A model generated the notes under the pieces. It was not told the DNA's origin and did no database searches. It worked only from the letters and a program-made list of their open reading frames with translations. A program made the position numbers and the translations under genes. Shown here one piece after another: positions 48,761-62,249 of a stretch of DNA of 64,000 nucleotides; positions within the stretch are counted from its first letter, which is position 1; each line of letters begins with the position of its first letter. Source of the stretch: Octopus sinensis (lineage: Eukaryota); assembly GCF_006345805.1 (NCBI RefSeq), contig NC_043007.1, forward strand, positions 17,422,001 to 17,486,000, written 5' to 3'.

Positions 48761-49239
48761 TACTCTGCCATGAATGTCCCCCTTTCTCTAGTTCCTTTTG
48801 TGTTGATCTCCACCACAAGTTCTTAGGCCTACCTCTCCTTCTATATCCATCCAGTTTTCACTGTAAAGCACTTTTCGCTACATTTGGTGTCTTTTCTAAT
48901 TGTGCTACCAATCCACTTCCACTTTTTCTTAAATATTTGCTCCCTAATCAAAACTTCATTTGTTCTTTGTCATAGCTCCATATTGCTTAAAAGAACAAAA
49001 TAAGAATTTTTAACACTAATGTAAAAGCAGTGTTATTGTATGATGGGGATGCTGACAACGGGTAGTGTCACAGCTATGCCGTCGGGAACTTCGGTTCCTG
49101 GTAGGGCCACCCAAGGCGGATTGGTCTGACACCAAGTGGGCCACAACCCAGTAGTTTCTAACTGGGTTTCCTTCCTCCAATGTTTAGTCGCTTGTTGTAG
49201 TCCTTTTCAGTTCCATCTATCATTTCTTTTCGCCCCTTG

Positions 49240-49475
49240 TTATTTCTTTATTGCCCACAAGGGGCTAAACACAGAGGGGATAAACAAGGACAGACAAAGG
49301 GATTAAGTCGATTACATCGACCCCAGTGCATAACTGGTACTTAATTTATCGACCGCCGAAAGAATGAAAGGCAAAGTCGACCTTGGCGGAATTTGAACTC
49401 AGAACGTTAACGGCAAAGGAAATACCACTAAGTAGTTCGTCCGGCACACTAACATTTCTGCCAGCTCACCGCCTT
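49240..49475 (-). mobile_element. SINE B monomer
   Basis: Flanking direct repeat TTTTCGCCCCTTGT. Confidence 0.88.
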
Positions 49476-50018
49476 TTTTCGCCCCTTGTGATCTTCTCAG
49501 CTGTCTCTGACAGGCATTTCATCATCGATATTCTTTTGCGCCTTTAGATTCCGAGCTGACCTGGCATTGAAGAAGGTTAACCTTCATAATATAGTTTTGT
49601 TAATGTTACAGACACGATCACTTAAATTGAGTAACACGACTTCCATCTTTCCAATCCCCCTCTGGAAGATAATCCACCATTTGTAAATACGCAAGTCGTT
49701 ATAATTAACCAAACAGTTGACTCTTATGTAAATAATTGCTTGTGATAAAATATTCCTGACACTGTGTTGTTTTCTGTTTGCATTGTTTTATAAATAGTAT
49801 TAGGTTGTATTCATACATTTATTCATTTTCATGTGGAAGAATTTCTTATTAAATCACTATACAAATGTAGCCTTCAATCTTTACATTGTTTAATTATTCC
49901 ACCAACAAAACAGGTTTTCTGATTGTTTTTGTTTGGTTTTTCTTTCTGTTGTCCTAGATAATATTTAGTGCTTACCTTGCCTAGGATACATTAAGGTGTC
50001 GTTAGTTTTATAGGAACA

Positions 50019-50415
50019 CTAGCAGTATAGCCTGGCGTTGCTCGGGTTTGTTTTCTTTTCGACACTTTAGAATTGAAAGTTTTGAAAAGTAAAAATTTTG
50101 CATTATGTAGCTTGTTATTCTCTTTAAGTGAACATTTTTCTGGTTGAAATACACCGCAAAATGGCAACACAGCAGTCAACAAAATCGTAAAAAATAGGGA
50201 TTTTCATAGGAAAAAAGCACCTTTTTGATGTAAATAATATTTGGTGTTAACATGGTCCGATTTGAATTTTTTCTTCTATGGAAGGAAGAGCAAGCCTTCT
50301 TTTATCATTTTCTCAATTTTGGTCAACTTGCGCCGCAGGGTCTCAGAGGAGATAGTGTTAGTTGAAAGCTACCAAACCTGCCATACACAGACAACTTCAG
50401 CTTTATATATAAAGA
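50019..50415 (-). mobile_element. Non-autonomous Helitron, copy 3
   Basis: Colinear with 5222-5609. Confidence 0.8.
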
Positions 50416-53144
50416 TTTACATTTCAGTAAACTTGTTGAACAGTATTTGAGAATTTGTGATCTGCTTGAATCAAAAGAGATCCCTTTCATTAATATGGTC
50501 AAGGTCTCAGATCATCCTGTGCTCACTCATACAGTTTCTGCTGCATTCAACAAAGACTAACATGCAGCCCCTACTTGAAAATCTCAGTATCATGCTGATT
50601 ATAGTCCTGTCAGCATGATATGAGAATCTTGTCTAATGGCTCACAAGACATGAAGACAGATTCTTCCCTTCTACCCACTGTCTCAAAGGCCCAGAAAAGC
50701 GTCATAAGCGCTGTGCTTCCTTTTTTTTTTTTAATCAACTCAACTATCTCTCTCCCCTCTCTCTCACACATTGTCCACCTTTCTACCTATCTCTTTGCCT
50801 TTTCTCAAAAGCTGTGCTTCACCCCAGCTGTCTTCTTTATCACTTTTGTGTTATATTCATGTCCACAATTGAAATCCCTTTCATTTGTGTTTTCCCTACA
50901 GCAATTTGAATTGGCCATCATTTCTATTGTCCTCATCACTGGCTAGCGCGGATACGTGAGTGTGCGCACCGGGATCACTCTTCTTAAATAGTACCCGAAT
51001 TCTTTAGAAATTTCAAATCCATCTGTTACCATTTTGGGCTCTTCATTAATTTTCTTCATTGCGCTTGTGTATTCACAAATGTGTCCATTACCTTCATAAG
51101 TAGATGGGATAACTGTAACACTTGTTTTTAGGTTCCCTCCTATTTCATTAAATAATACCCGAATTTTCGTGAGCCAAATCTGTTTGACAAAGTATGTCTT
51201 GTTGGCTTATGTCAGCTTCGTCATCACTATCGTCTGTTATGGCGATCACTATCATCTGTTATAGCGATCTCTTCACTTTTTTTATCAAAAAATTTAGTGT
51301 TACTACCTTGAAATGAATCTGGAACTGGTTATTACATATGCTCAACGGGAAAGATCACCCAACTGAAGACTAACAGCATCTCCTTGACTTGCTATGAATA
51401 AACTCAGTTACCTGCAAATTCAATGAGTCAACCAAGGGTTAGCAAAGGAGATGACAAGGTGCTGATCTAAGGTTCAAGGGGAAAGAAGGTGAGAATTGAT
51501 ATGTTGCGATATGTTTCAATGAAACAGACAGCACTCTCAACTAAAGGCGACTGACAACAGTTCAGTTAGTTCAGTTTCAACGATATTTCTTGGAAAGAAA
51601 AAATGGAGAAATGTTTTGCGAAAAAAGAGAAAAAGAAACAGCGGATCTTTTCACTTTGACCGGAACATTTAAAAAATAGTTATTTGTAACTAAACCCTTT
51701 TAAACATTGTATACTGGTAGAATGTGTTACATAAAACATCTTTTATTGAAAAGATATGAAACAGCAAGCCTTAAAATCGGTTTTGGCAAATCGGTTTCGG
51801 TTTTACTGATCATAATATAAAACCAGTTTTATAAAACCGGTTTCGAGGCCTACTGAGTACTCCATAGACAAGCATGCCCTTAATGTAGCTCTCAGGGAGA
51901 TTCAGTGTGACTCAGAATGTGACAAGGCTGCCCCTTCAGTATACAGGTACTACTTACTTTTGTCACCTGAGAGGACTGGAGTAATGGAGAAGTGCCTTGT
52001 TCAAGGACACACCATGCTGCCAGTAACTGAAATCGAACTCACAACCTTACTTTAACCACTTATAACATCAAGTAGAAAGAAAGATAAAGTCACCCTTCAT
52101 AGTATTTGAACTCAAATCTTAGTGAAGCAAAACTAAATACAAAATATTTAAAACCATTATTTTCCAGTGCCTTATAAATATTTATTCGCAGCTTTCTGGT
52201 AATGGATTCTAAATCATATTTCTCCAACACAATTTTTTGATAGCCAATTTGATAGCAACAAAACTAAATGTTATTTGTCATTTTATCACGATTCTTTTAT
52301 CAGTCAAGTACTTTTTAACCCAATTCTTTGAGGACCTCTTATATCTTGCAATTAACTCGTAATTCTAAAGACTCAAAAGCTGACAAGATAGCACTTTCAG
52401 TTTCTGATTTCTCTTACATAGTTTCATATCCTATCAAATTCACTACATATTGACACATTTAGTTTACTTGAGTAGTCAGTATTACCATTATCTCTCAAAG
52501 TGGTGAGCTGGCAGAATCATTACCATGGTGGATAAAAATTCTGAGCAGTATTTCTTTCATCTCTTTACATCCCAAGTTCAAACTATCATCAAGGTCAACT
52601 TTAGATTTCACCCTTTCAGAGTTGATAAATTGGATACCAGTTAAATATTGGGTTGATTATAATTAACTAATTCCTCCACCTAAAGTTGCCTCTTCTATTC
52701 CAAATATGTTATCATCATCATGTGAAAGAAAGCCTTCAGAATACAAGGTCTGTGATTTCGTGTGCCTTAGAATCAAACCAATGAGGAGAACTCTATGGTC
52801 ACAAACCTGCTAGAAATAGCAACCAAATCATTGCCCTCAAATCACACACCCACCTTAAATAAAGAAAAAAACATAAACAATATAATGTAGCCCTATATAC
52901 TTCTAATAAGAAGGATGGTTATGGCTGGAATATATGTCTGTGTGTCCAAAGTTTGCACTGGGACTAAACAACAACAACAACAACACTGACCCAAAAATCA
53001 TTACATACAAACCAGTTCTTCAGCAATGCTTTAACCCCTTCATTACTGTATTTATTCTGAGATGCTCAGTGTTTCTTTCAATTAAGGCGGTTTAAGGCGG
53101 GTTGGTAACAGAAGGGTTCATTAAAAATACCATGGTGACTTTAA

Positions 53145-53364
53145 CCCTTTAGTTACCATATTTCTGTTGAGATGCTCTGTGTTTCTTTCAGTTACTTTAA
53201 ATTTAACAAAGAATTTAATAAAATAACTTAGTTATCATTAAGCTAGTTTTAGGAACATAAATTGTGACTAAGGTTTGGTGGAAGATTTGAATTCAAAACT
53301 TATGAAAACAAGACATTTGTACTCAGAGCCAGAGCCAGTTTCAGCCGGGTTGGTAACGAAAGGG
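53145..53364. mobile_element. piggyBac-type MITE; mini derivative at about 53035-53116, degraded inverted relative at about 21900-22130
   Basis: TTAA|CCCTTTAGTTACCA ... TGGTAACGAAAGGG|TTAA. Confidence 0.82.
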
Positions 53365-53638
53365 TTAATGTGTTCTTCCTCTGATTATCAAGGTGATAGT
53401 AAGCAGATTGTTATTCAGTTGTTGCTTTGTTTGCAGGGTGGTGTTGCCAGGAAAAATTGAGAACAGCACAAAACATTCTCTTATATTTACCATCAAGCTT
53501 CTTTTCAAGTCTCTTGTCCAGTGTCCATGTTAAAGAGCCCTAGAGAGGTACTGATTCAACAACTGCTTTGTAGTAAAGACAGAACTACTTAAATGACTCT
53601 TTTTAAGTCATTAATCAGGATTCTAATCACCACTAATT

Positions 53639-54021
53639 GTGGAGGCACAATGGCCCAGTGATTAGGGCAGCGGACTCGCGGTCTTAGGATCGCGGTTTCG
53701 ATTCCCAGACTGGACGTTGTGAGTATTTATTGAGCGAAAATACCTAAAGCTCCACGAGGCTCCGGCAGGGGATGGTGGTGATCCCTGCTGTACTCTTTCA
53801 CCACAACTTTCTCTCACTCTTTCTTCCTGTTTCTGTTGTACCTGTATTTCAAAGGGCCAGCTTTGTCACACTCTGTGTCACGCTGAATCTCCCCGAGAAC
53901 TACGTTAAGGGTACTCGTGTCTGTGGAGTGCTCAGCCACTTGCACATTAATTTCACGAGCAGGCTGTTCCGTTGGTCAGATCAACTGGAACCCTCGTCGT
54001 CGTAACCGAAGGAGTGCTTCC
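53639..54021 (+). mobile_element. SINE D
   Basis: 14-bp TSD AATCACCACTAATT at 53625-53638 and 54022-54035. Confidence 0.92.
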
Positions 54022-54473
54022 AATCACCACTAATTAGCTTTAATTTTAGCATTAAATGGATGCTAGGTAAAAACAGTCATGTATGGCTAAACTTTCCATA
54101 TATGCAATACCCCTGCCTTCAGTTGATTTGAACTCAAGACCTTTGACCTGATGCTCCAATACTTTAGCCAAACAGTTACTTTGCATCTATAAACATCACT
54201 CTCACATAAGTGTCATATCTCTAGAGTTTTGTTTTCTTGATTTAATGACGTATGATTTAAGGAGTGTTTATACTATAATATTATCAACAAATTCTTAAAT
54301 GGACTGTAAAGAGGATTGTAAAATACATCTTTTATTTATGGCTACTTAAAGCTGAAAAGATAGAGTCACCAATGTCTTTCTCCTGTTATCAACACACACA
54401 CAAACTAGCTTGCTCACTCACACACATATAATCTATATGAACCAACGAGTGAGATTGTATATAATCATTTACT

Positions 54474-54865
54474 GTGGAGGCGCAATGGCCCAGTGGTTAG
54501 GGCAGCGGACTCGCGGTCATAGGATCGCGGTTTTGATTCCCAGACCTGGCATTGTGAGTGTTTATTGAGCAAAAACACCTAAAGCTCCACGAGGCTCTGG
54601 CAGGGGATGGTGGTGATCCCTGCTGTACTCTTTCACCACAGCTTTCTCTCACTCTTACTTCCTGTTTCTGTTGTACCTGTATTTCAAGGGGCCGGCCTTG
54701 TCACTCTCTGTGTCACACTGAATCTCCCCGAGAACTACGTTAAGGGTACACGTGTCTGTGGAGTGCTCAGCCACTTACACGTTAATTTCACGAGCAGGCT
54801 GTTCTGTTGATTCGGATCAACCGGAACCCTCATCGTCGTAACCGACGGAGTGCTAGAAGAAGAAG
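54474..54865 (+). mobile_element. SINE D
   Basis: TSD CATTTACTGT at 54466-54475 and 54866-54875; (AGA)n tail. Confidence 0.92.
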
Positions 54866-55103
54866 CATTTACTGTTAGAAATAATAGTCAAATCTCTTTC
54901 AAATTATACTTTCCTATCATAAAAAAAAAAGAGATTTCCAAAGTTGAGAATAAGGCATGATGGTCATGGCTAGAATATCTTAATTTTATATTGCATTATG
55001 TTACAGGTTTTCAACAAATCAATTATTGTTTCTTAATTTTATATTGCATTAGTTACAGGTTTTCAACAAATCAATTATTGTTTCACTGCCTTTCCAATGG
55101 CAA

Positions 55104-55316
55104 CTCTTTACTCTTTACTCTTTTACTTGTTTTAGTCATTTGACTGCGGCCATGCTGGAGCACCGCCTTTAATCGAACAACTCGACCCCGGGACTTATTC
55201 TTTTGTAAGCCCAGTACTTATTCTATCGGCCTCTTTTGCCGAACCGCTAAGTAACGGGGACATAAACACACCAGCATCGGTTGTCAAGCAATGCTAGGGG
55301 GACAAACACACACACG

Positions 55317-55359
<43 letters not shown>

Positions 55360-55521
55360 GACGGGCTTCTTTCAGTTTCCGTCTACCAAATCCAATCACA
55401 AGGCTTTGGTCGGCCCGAGGCTATAGTAGAAGACACTTGCCCAAGGTGCCATGCAGTGGGACTGAACCCGGAACCATGTGGTTGGTAAACAAGCTACTTA
55501 CCACACAGCCACTCCTGCACC
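55104..55521 (-). mobile_element. SINE A, young copy
   Basis: Consensus match; absent from the paralogous arm near 56585. Confidence 0.92.
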
Positions 55522-55908
55522 TATTGACAATGGATTACCTTTACAACTTGGGTGGAACAAATATCACAAGAGGCATTACTCAGAAGTACTGGTTCATTGG
55601 TTTCCCACAAAAGACAGAGGAACATGCACACACACACATACACATAGACACACACACATACACACACACACACATGCATGCACGCACATGCGCACTCACA
55701 TCACCATTATCACCACAATTGGAGCAGATATAGCTATCTGTAAGTGCAAGCACCATGAGTCAGTGGCTGTTCCACTGCTTCTCCCTTGCCATTCTCCAGA
55801 GCAATGCCTTTTCCATTTTGTCTTCTGGGACCATGAGGTGGTGTGAATTACAGGAAATCAAGAGAATGTTAGAATTTTGTCGCTTGCTACACAAAAAAAT
55901 TAGCTTAA

Positions 55909-56127
55909 CCCTTTAGTATTTAAACCAGCCATATCCGGCCAAAATATTTAATCTGTTTTATGCTCAAACTGACCACATCCAGGCTCTCACACCTACCTTA
56001 CAATGTTATTCTACATTAAGTAATTACACCATCAAGATCTTGAAGATATGAGATAATGCATGATTAATTCAAATCAATGTGAATCAATAAGCATTATGTT
56101 TGATAGAATAATCTGAACACTAAAGGG
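55909..56127. mobile_element. piggyBac-type MITE
   Basis: TTAA|CCCTTTAGT ... ACTAAAGGG|TTAA. Confidence 0.82.
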
Positions 56128-56727
56128 TTAAACAATCCCTCCGATATTGTATCAACACTGGAGCATATCGCAATTCTCCAGGTAGTGAAATGCTATGATT
56201 TATGAAGTGAGACAAGGGAAATGAGCATGGAACAGCAGAGAAGGCAGGTGGAAATATGAATGATTCAGTGTATTACCTTGAGGATAGACTGGATAGTTGC
56301 ATTTATGTCTTTGATCATTGATCTGCTCAGTAAGGGATGACCTGAGAATAACAGATAACAACATTGACATCCAATGCAAAATAACCTGGTTACAGTCACA
56401 TCTCCATCGTCTTCACTTTGTTTCTTCTCCATCTGTTGGAGAAGAAACAAAGTGCGTGCGTGCATGCATGTATGTGTATGTGCACGCTCGTCTGTCTTTT
56501 GTGGGGAAACCAATGCACCAGTACTTCTGAGTAAAGCCTCTTGTGATATTTGTTCCACCCAAGTTATAAAGGTAATCCATTGTCAGTATTGCCATTGGAA
56601 ATGCAGTGAAACAATGATTGATTTGTTGAAAACCTGTAACTAATGACACATAATGCAATATAAAATTAAGATATTCTAGTCATGACCATTACTACTATTA
56701 CTACTACTGCGACATCTGTGCCTATTC

Positions 56728-56968
56728 TAATACCTATTTCTTTACTACCTACAAGGGGCTAAACACAGAGGGGACAAATAAGGACAGACAAACGGATCAA
56801 GTCGATTACATCGACCCCAGTGCGTAACTGGTACTCAATTTATCAACCCTGAAAGGATGAAAGGCAAAGTCAACCTCGGTGGAATTTGAACTCAGAACGT
56901 AACAACAGACGAAATACGGCTATGCATTTTGCCCGGTGTGCTAACGATTCTGCCAGCTCACCACCTTC
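56728..56968 (-). mobile_element. SINE B monomer
   Basis: Consensus match. Confidence 0.88.
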
Positions 56969-57342
56969 AAATACCACTATTACAGAGGCCTTTGTCCTTC
57001 ACAGCTAGCTGGTAGCATGGTACCTTCTCTCAGGTACTCCCATTGCTCTCATCTCTCCTCCTCTTTCTATTTATATTGTCTCCACTCCCACACTCTCTCC
57101 CGGGTTCCACACTGACTACTGTCCCCAGCCCTTTTTTTTTTCCAAAATGTAGCCCCTCTGGTATTCTCTCCTTCCATGTTTTTGCTGAAACCATCAACTT
57201 GAAACTGTTCAAGAAGAATATTAATCTCATCAATTTCATCAGTCAAGAATTGTCAAAGATTATAGCTACAGCCAGTTACTCCCAGTCAATATAATTTTTA
57301 AAAATTATCACCAAATTTTGTCAGGAGAAGGGGAATACAATT

Positions 57343-57845
57343 ATGATAATAATAATAATGAAATTATTGTATACAGTGCTCAGGTGCACCACAACTTGTC
57401 AAAAGTGCGTATAAAGCATATGCAGTAATGTACAAATGTCGGAAAGTAAACAGTGTATGAGTCAGATACATGCTTGCGTGTGCATGGAGGGAAGAAAATC
57501 AGGTGTAGTGTTGGCGAATCTCAGGAAGCATGGAATCTTTGAAGGATGCAGTGCTCCAACAACTAACAACTGATGCTGGCAATTTGTTCCATGCTTCAGC
57601 AGCTCTTAGCATGAAAAAATGTTTCCAAAAGTCATGGGAGCTGTGCTGTTGTCTGACTTTGCAAACATGTCCACGGGTGTTAGACAGGTGGAGTTTGAAA
57701 AGGTGCTCAGAGTTATTGTCAGTAAGATGGTTAATAATTTTATGGGTGTCTGCTAAGTCAGCTGCCAGACGTCAGAGTTTCAATGTATCCATGCCCAGGG
57801 AAGTAAGGCGTTCAGAATATGGCAAGTGCTTGATGGAGGGTATTT
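57343..57845 (-). mobile_element. 5'-truncated CR1 LINE
   Basis: Same family as 30816; flanked by a direct repeat of about 63 bp. Confidence 0.9.
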
Positions 57846-58212
57846 CTCCCAGTCAATATGATAAAAAAAATTATCACCAAATTTTGTCAGGAGAAGGGGA
57901 ATACAATTGATCAACCCAATCCTCAGAATTTTACAGGATACCCTTTCTAGTGTATTCTACAATCTCATCGACTTATCTGAAACCTGTAATTGCTAATAGT
58001 TGTTATTCTTATTGTTTGAATTATGTTGTTATTAACCAATTGTAAATTTTATTTTACTATCCATTTATAAACTCTCTCTCAACCAAATCTTATTCAATAT
58101 TCATCTACGTAACATATAATATATATTTATTTATTTAAAATTAAACTGATTTCAATGTTCTATCTCAAGTTTTATATCTTGTCTTTTTTATTTACTTATT
58201 TATATATATATA

Positions 58213-58346
58213 TATATTGTTGTATTTAGGAAGGGTCATTTTGCCAGTTTAGCCAATAAAAACACATGCACTACATATTTGGTGTTACTTTGCTTCAGTG
58301 TCATTGGCTAAACTGGCAAAATGACCATTCCGAAATACAACAATAT
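58213..58346. repeat. Fold-back (arms of about 44 bp) next to a TA tract
   Basis: ATATTGTTGTATTTAGGAAGGGTCATTTTGCCAGTTTAGCCAAT / ATTGGCTAAACTGGCAAAATGACCATTCCGAAATACAACAATAT. Confidence 0.85.
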
Positions 58347-59301
58347 CTGTTTCAACACACGATTTCACATAAAAAATCTTGCACAACAAATATATAAACG
58401 TAATATATATATATATACATATTCTAACAAACTTTTCTATAGAGAAGACATGAAAAAAAAATATATATATATCCTCCTCTATTCAACTATTTCTATATTT
58501 GTCAATAATTTAACTTCTGTTGTATTTGGTCATTTTTAGTGTTTTATTAGCTGACATCAGAGAAATGTTTCTGAACATCACCAGTACAGGTAAAAGAAGA
58601 CAAAAAATATCTTTTCTGTATGCATAAGCGTTTGCCTAATACATTGCACTGCAAGGAAATTGGTATTGCTGTACATCCAGCTTAGATGGAACTACATTGT
58701 TAATGATTAGTGTCTCACTAACAGCATCTTACAAATCGTTACTAAAACTGTATTTTTTTTTATTTTTCATGTTTTTTTCTCTTTTTTTTTCTTTGTAATT
58801 TGTTGCCTGACAATTTTGCGATTTAGTGCTTAGCTTTCAATGAGATGTTTAGAGTTCTGTTGCCATTATTGTTTGAAGAGGGAATTCAGACAAAGTTATA
58901 ACTAAACAATTTCATTGAATTCATTGCTTGTGAGGTTATTCTATTCAATTCTTTTTTATCTTCTTTCTTTTTAACAAAGATTCAAGTAACTAAAACCACA
59001 TCTTTCCTTTTGCTCTTCGGGCATACTTGCATTTTTAACTTCAACTGTTCTAATTCTCACTTTCTTATTAAATTTTTTCATTCTTTTCTGAAAACTTATC
59101 TTTTTAATAAGTTATGCTATTAGTCTTTTTCTTCAGCCCTGACTCATAGAAACTTTCAACAAGCTGTTATTATCTTCTTTGAACCATTAACCTCTTCAAA
59201 GTAATATCCCCTTATGTCATCCAACTTATTCCCAAATAACAGACATTCAACAAATGATAATATTTGTAGATTTACTTCTTCCAAAAAAATATTCTGTATT
59301 T

Positions 59302-59599
59302 ATTTATGTGCCCTTTTCAAGCCTAGCCAGGCTCATGGGCCTGGTTTCTGTGGTGTGTGCATTCCCCCCAACTGGACAGGACGCCAGTCCATTGCAGTGT
59401 TACTCAAGAAACAGGAAGAAAGAGTGAAAGTTGGGGCGAAAGAGTACAACAGGGGTTGCCACCACCCCCTGCCGGAGACTCATGGAGCTTTAGTTGTTTT
59501 CGCTTAATAAACACATGCAACGCCTGGTCTGGGAATCAAAACCACAATCCTCCGACCGCGAGTCCGCTGCCCCTAACCACTGGGCCATTGCGCCTCCAC
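59302..59599 (-). mobile_element. SINE with D-type head and E-type tail
   Basis: Head GTGGAGGCGCAATGGCCCAGTGG; tail CCCATGAGCCTGGCTAGGCTTGAAAAGGGCAC. Confidence 0.85.
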
Positions 59600-60189
59600 T
59601 TAGGTAAACATTACAGTATTATTTTAGATACACTGACTAACAGTATAATAAGCTGTAATAAAAGATTTCATGGAGCAACAGTACATATATGTTCGTGTAT
59701 GTGTGTTTCAAGAAAGATTTGATTATATGAAAAAAAGTCTTTAAAGAAAACCAGAATGACATGAATATTTTGGAAGGACATTTTCATTCCCTTCCAAAAG
59801 GTTCATATCCTTGTTTTGGGGGATTTTTTTTGTTATATAATAAATAATTTTTTATTTAAAAAGGACTTTCCTCAAATATTTTAACTACATCAAGAATTCT
59901 ATTCCCGAGTGGATTGCTTAAAAATTGTGGAGACCTTTTCCATCTGAAACCATCGGTTGCCTTGTTAATCCACAAATAAAGTATATTTATCCATCAATGC
60001 AGTGTTGAGCACTCATTGTCACTTGTTGATACTAGCATGTATGTACACATGTGTGTGTGTGTGACTTTAGAAAGAGAAAGTATGAAAAATAAACTGAATG
60101 GTGGTATTCTAAGTGAAACTCAAAACTCACCATTAGCATTCATACATCTAACTGTACACAAGAAATACATGTGTGTGTGTTTTGTTTGT

Positions 60190-60484
60190 TCCTTCTCGAG
60201 CCATGCCTGGCTCATAAGGGCCGGTTTCCCGGTTTCTTGGCGTATAGGTTCCCCACCTGGACAGGACGCCAGTCCATCACAGGTGAGCTGCAAGATGCAG
60301 GAGGAAAGAGCGAGAGAAAGTTGTGGCGAAAGAGTCAGCAGAAATTCGCCATTACCTTCTGCCAGAGCCGCATGGAGCTTAGGTGTTTCGCTCATAAACA
60401 CACACATTGTCTGGTCTGAGATTTGAACCCGCGATCCCTCGACCGCACATCCACTGCTCTAACCACTAGGCCATGTGCCTCCAC
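60190..60484 (-). mobile_element. tRNA-derived SINE related to D/E
   Basis: Head GTGGAGGCACATGGCCTAGTGG; tail CCGGGAAACCGGCCCTTATGAGCCAGGCATGGCTCGAG. Confidence 0.85.
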
Positions 60485-60518
<34 letters not shown>

Positions 60519-61231
60519 AATGACTAACATAAAATGTAATAAACACCAGTTAGAGATTTCAGTCAATATCTGATGATATCAATGTTACTGTGTAGTAAGA
60601 CTGTGCTGGCAGAATCATTACCGTATCAGGAAAAAATATTTAGCAGCATTTCTTCCAACTTTACATTCTGAGTTCAAATGCAGTTGACTTTGCTTCTCAT
60701 CTTTTCAGGGTTGATAAAATAAGTACCAGTTGAACAAGGGTTGGTATGATTGACTTATCCCCTCCCCCAAAATTACTGGCCTTGTGACAAAATTTGAAAC
60801 TAATGTCACGGTACAGTGAGTAACAGTATGCATAGTGAAAGATTTCCAGGTAGAGAGGCTCCGAAAGGGGTCTCAGGGAGTAGCATCCCTGCCTTCCTGA
60901 GCTAGTTTTCCGCCACATTTCTTAAAAATTGTGGTAGAGGCCTTGATCTCGAGACCACTTGTGCTAGAAACTGAAGTTGAGGGTAAGCAAGGGCATGCTC
61001 CCTGTAGAAAATCCAGCTCCAAAACAGCCTCATGGTAGCAAGGGAGAATGGGCACCAGCCAGCCCAAAGGTTGGGGTGGGCTGCACCAACCTACCTCTGT
61101 TGCTATGGCATTGAGGTAGATTCGGTCACCCCCATTAACGGGGACAAAACCCAGATTTAAAGCACTGGATGATAAAGATGATGACAGAAGTTGATATACT
61201 TTTGCAATGAACACTTACTACTACACACAAG

Positions 61232-61635
61232 ATCATCATCATCATCATTTAACGTCCGCTTTCCATGCTAGCATGGGTTGGACGATCTTGACTGAGGGCT
61301 GGCGAGCCAGATGGCTGCACCAGGCTCCAATCTGATCTGGCAGAGTTTCTACAGCTGGATGCCCTTCCTAATGCCAACCACTCCAAGAGTGTAGTGGATG
61401 CATTTTACGTGCCACTGGCATGGGGGCCAGTCAGGAAGTACTGGCAATGACCTCGCTCGAATCTTTTTACACGTGCTACTGGCACAGGTGCCAGTGAAGC
61501 GATGTTGGTAACAATCACGCTCGAATGGTGCCCTTTTACGTGCCACGGGTATGGAAGCTAGTTGGCTGCTCTGGCAACAATCATGCTCGGATGGTGCTCT
61601 TGGCACCCTACTAGCACAGGCATAAGTGCCAGTAA
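61232..61635 (-). mobile_element. SINE C
   Basis: (CAT)n plus reverse C tail and subrepeats. Confidence 0.85.
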
Positions 61636-62249
61636 GATATTATAAAGAAATGTAGAAACCCGAAATAGCTACAAGATATTCCAGTGAATTTTAGTTTTGG
61701 AATGAACACTAAGTGTGGGGACAGGCTGAAAAAGATCCAAAATAAATTTAGCGATTAACGTAATTCATATCATTAGACTGGTTGCATACTGCATGAATTA
61801 ACCTTCTATTTTTTCAATGACTTTTGTTTACAGATGATTGTAGACTTAATTAACGATATGTAGTTACTATACTAATGAAATAACAAAAGGTTATACAGTA
61901 ATTGATGTGAAATTGATAGTGATGCTTAAGGATAAGTAATTGATGAAATCCTATTTATTGGTAATTACTCTAATGGCACAATTAGTGTCATTTAGTTGAG
62001 AAGGTACATTTTGTTTTTGTTTTTAATCATTACAAGGCCTAGCAGACATTAATTGATTTTATTACTAAGAATAAGACAAAAGCCAAACTAGTATTTCTCA
62101 ACCATTTCTTTTATCTATGGACCCCTTTTGATTTCTATTTTAGTCAGGTGTACCCTCATAGCCATTCAACATTATAGTTTTATTATTAAATATTATTAGG
62201 GACTGTTTTAAAGAAATTAAAATATTTTGAGTATTGTAGAAGTATAACC

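Noticed and set aside
58262-58302. Possible hammerhead on the minus strand (CTGAAGC...CAAA)
   Set aside because: Core and stem II do not fit.
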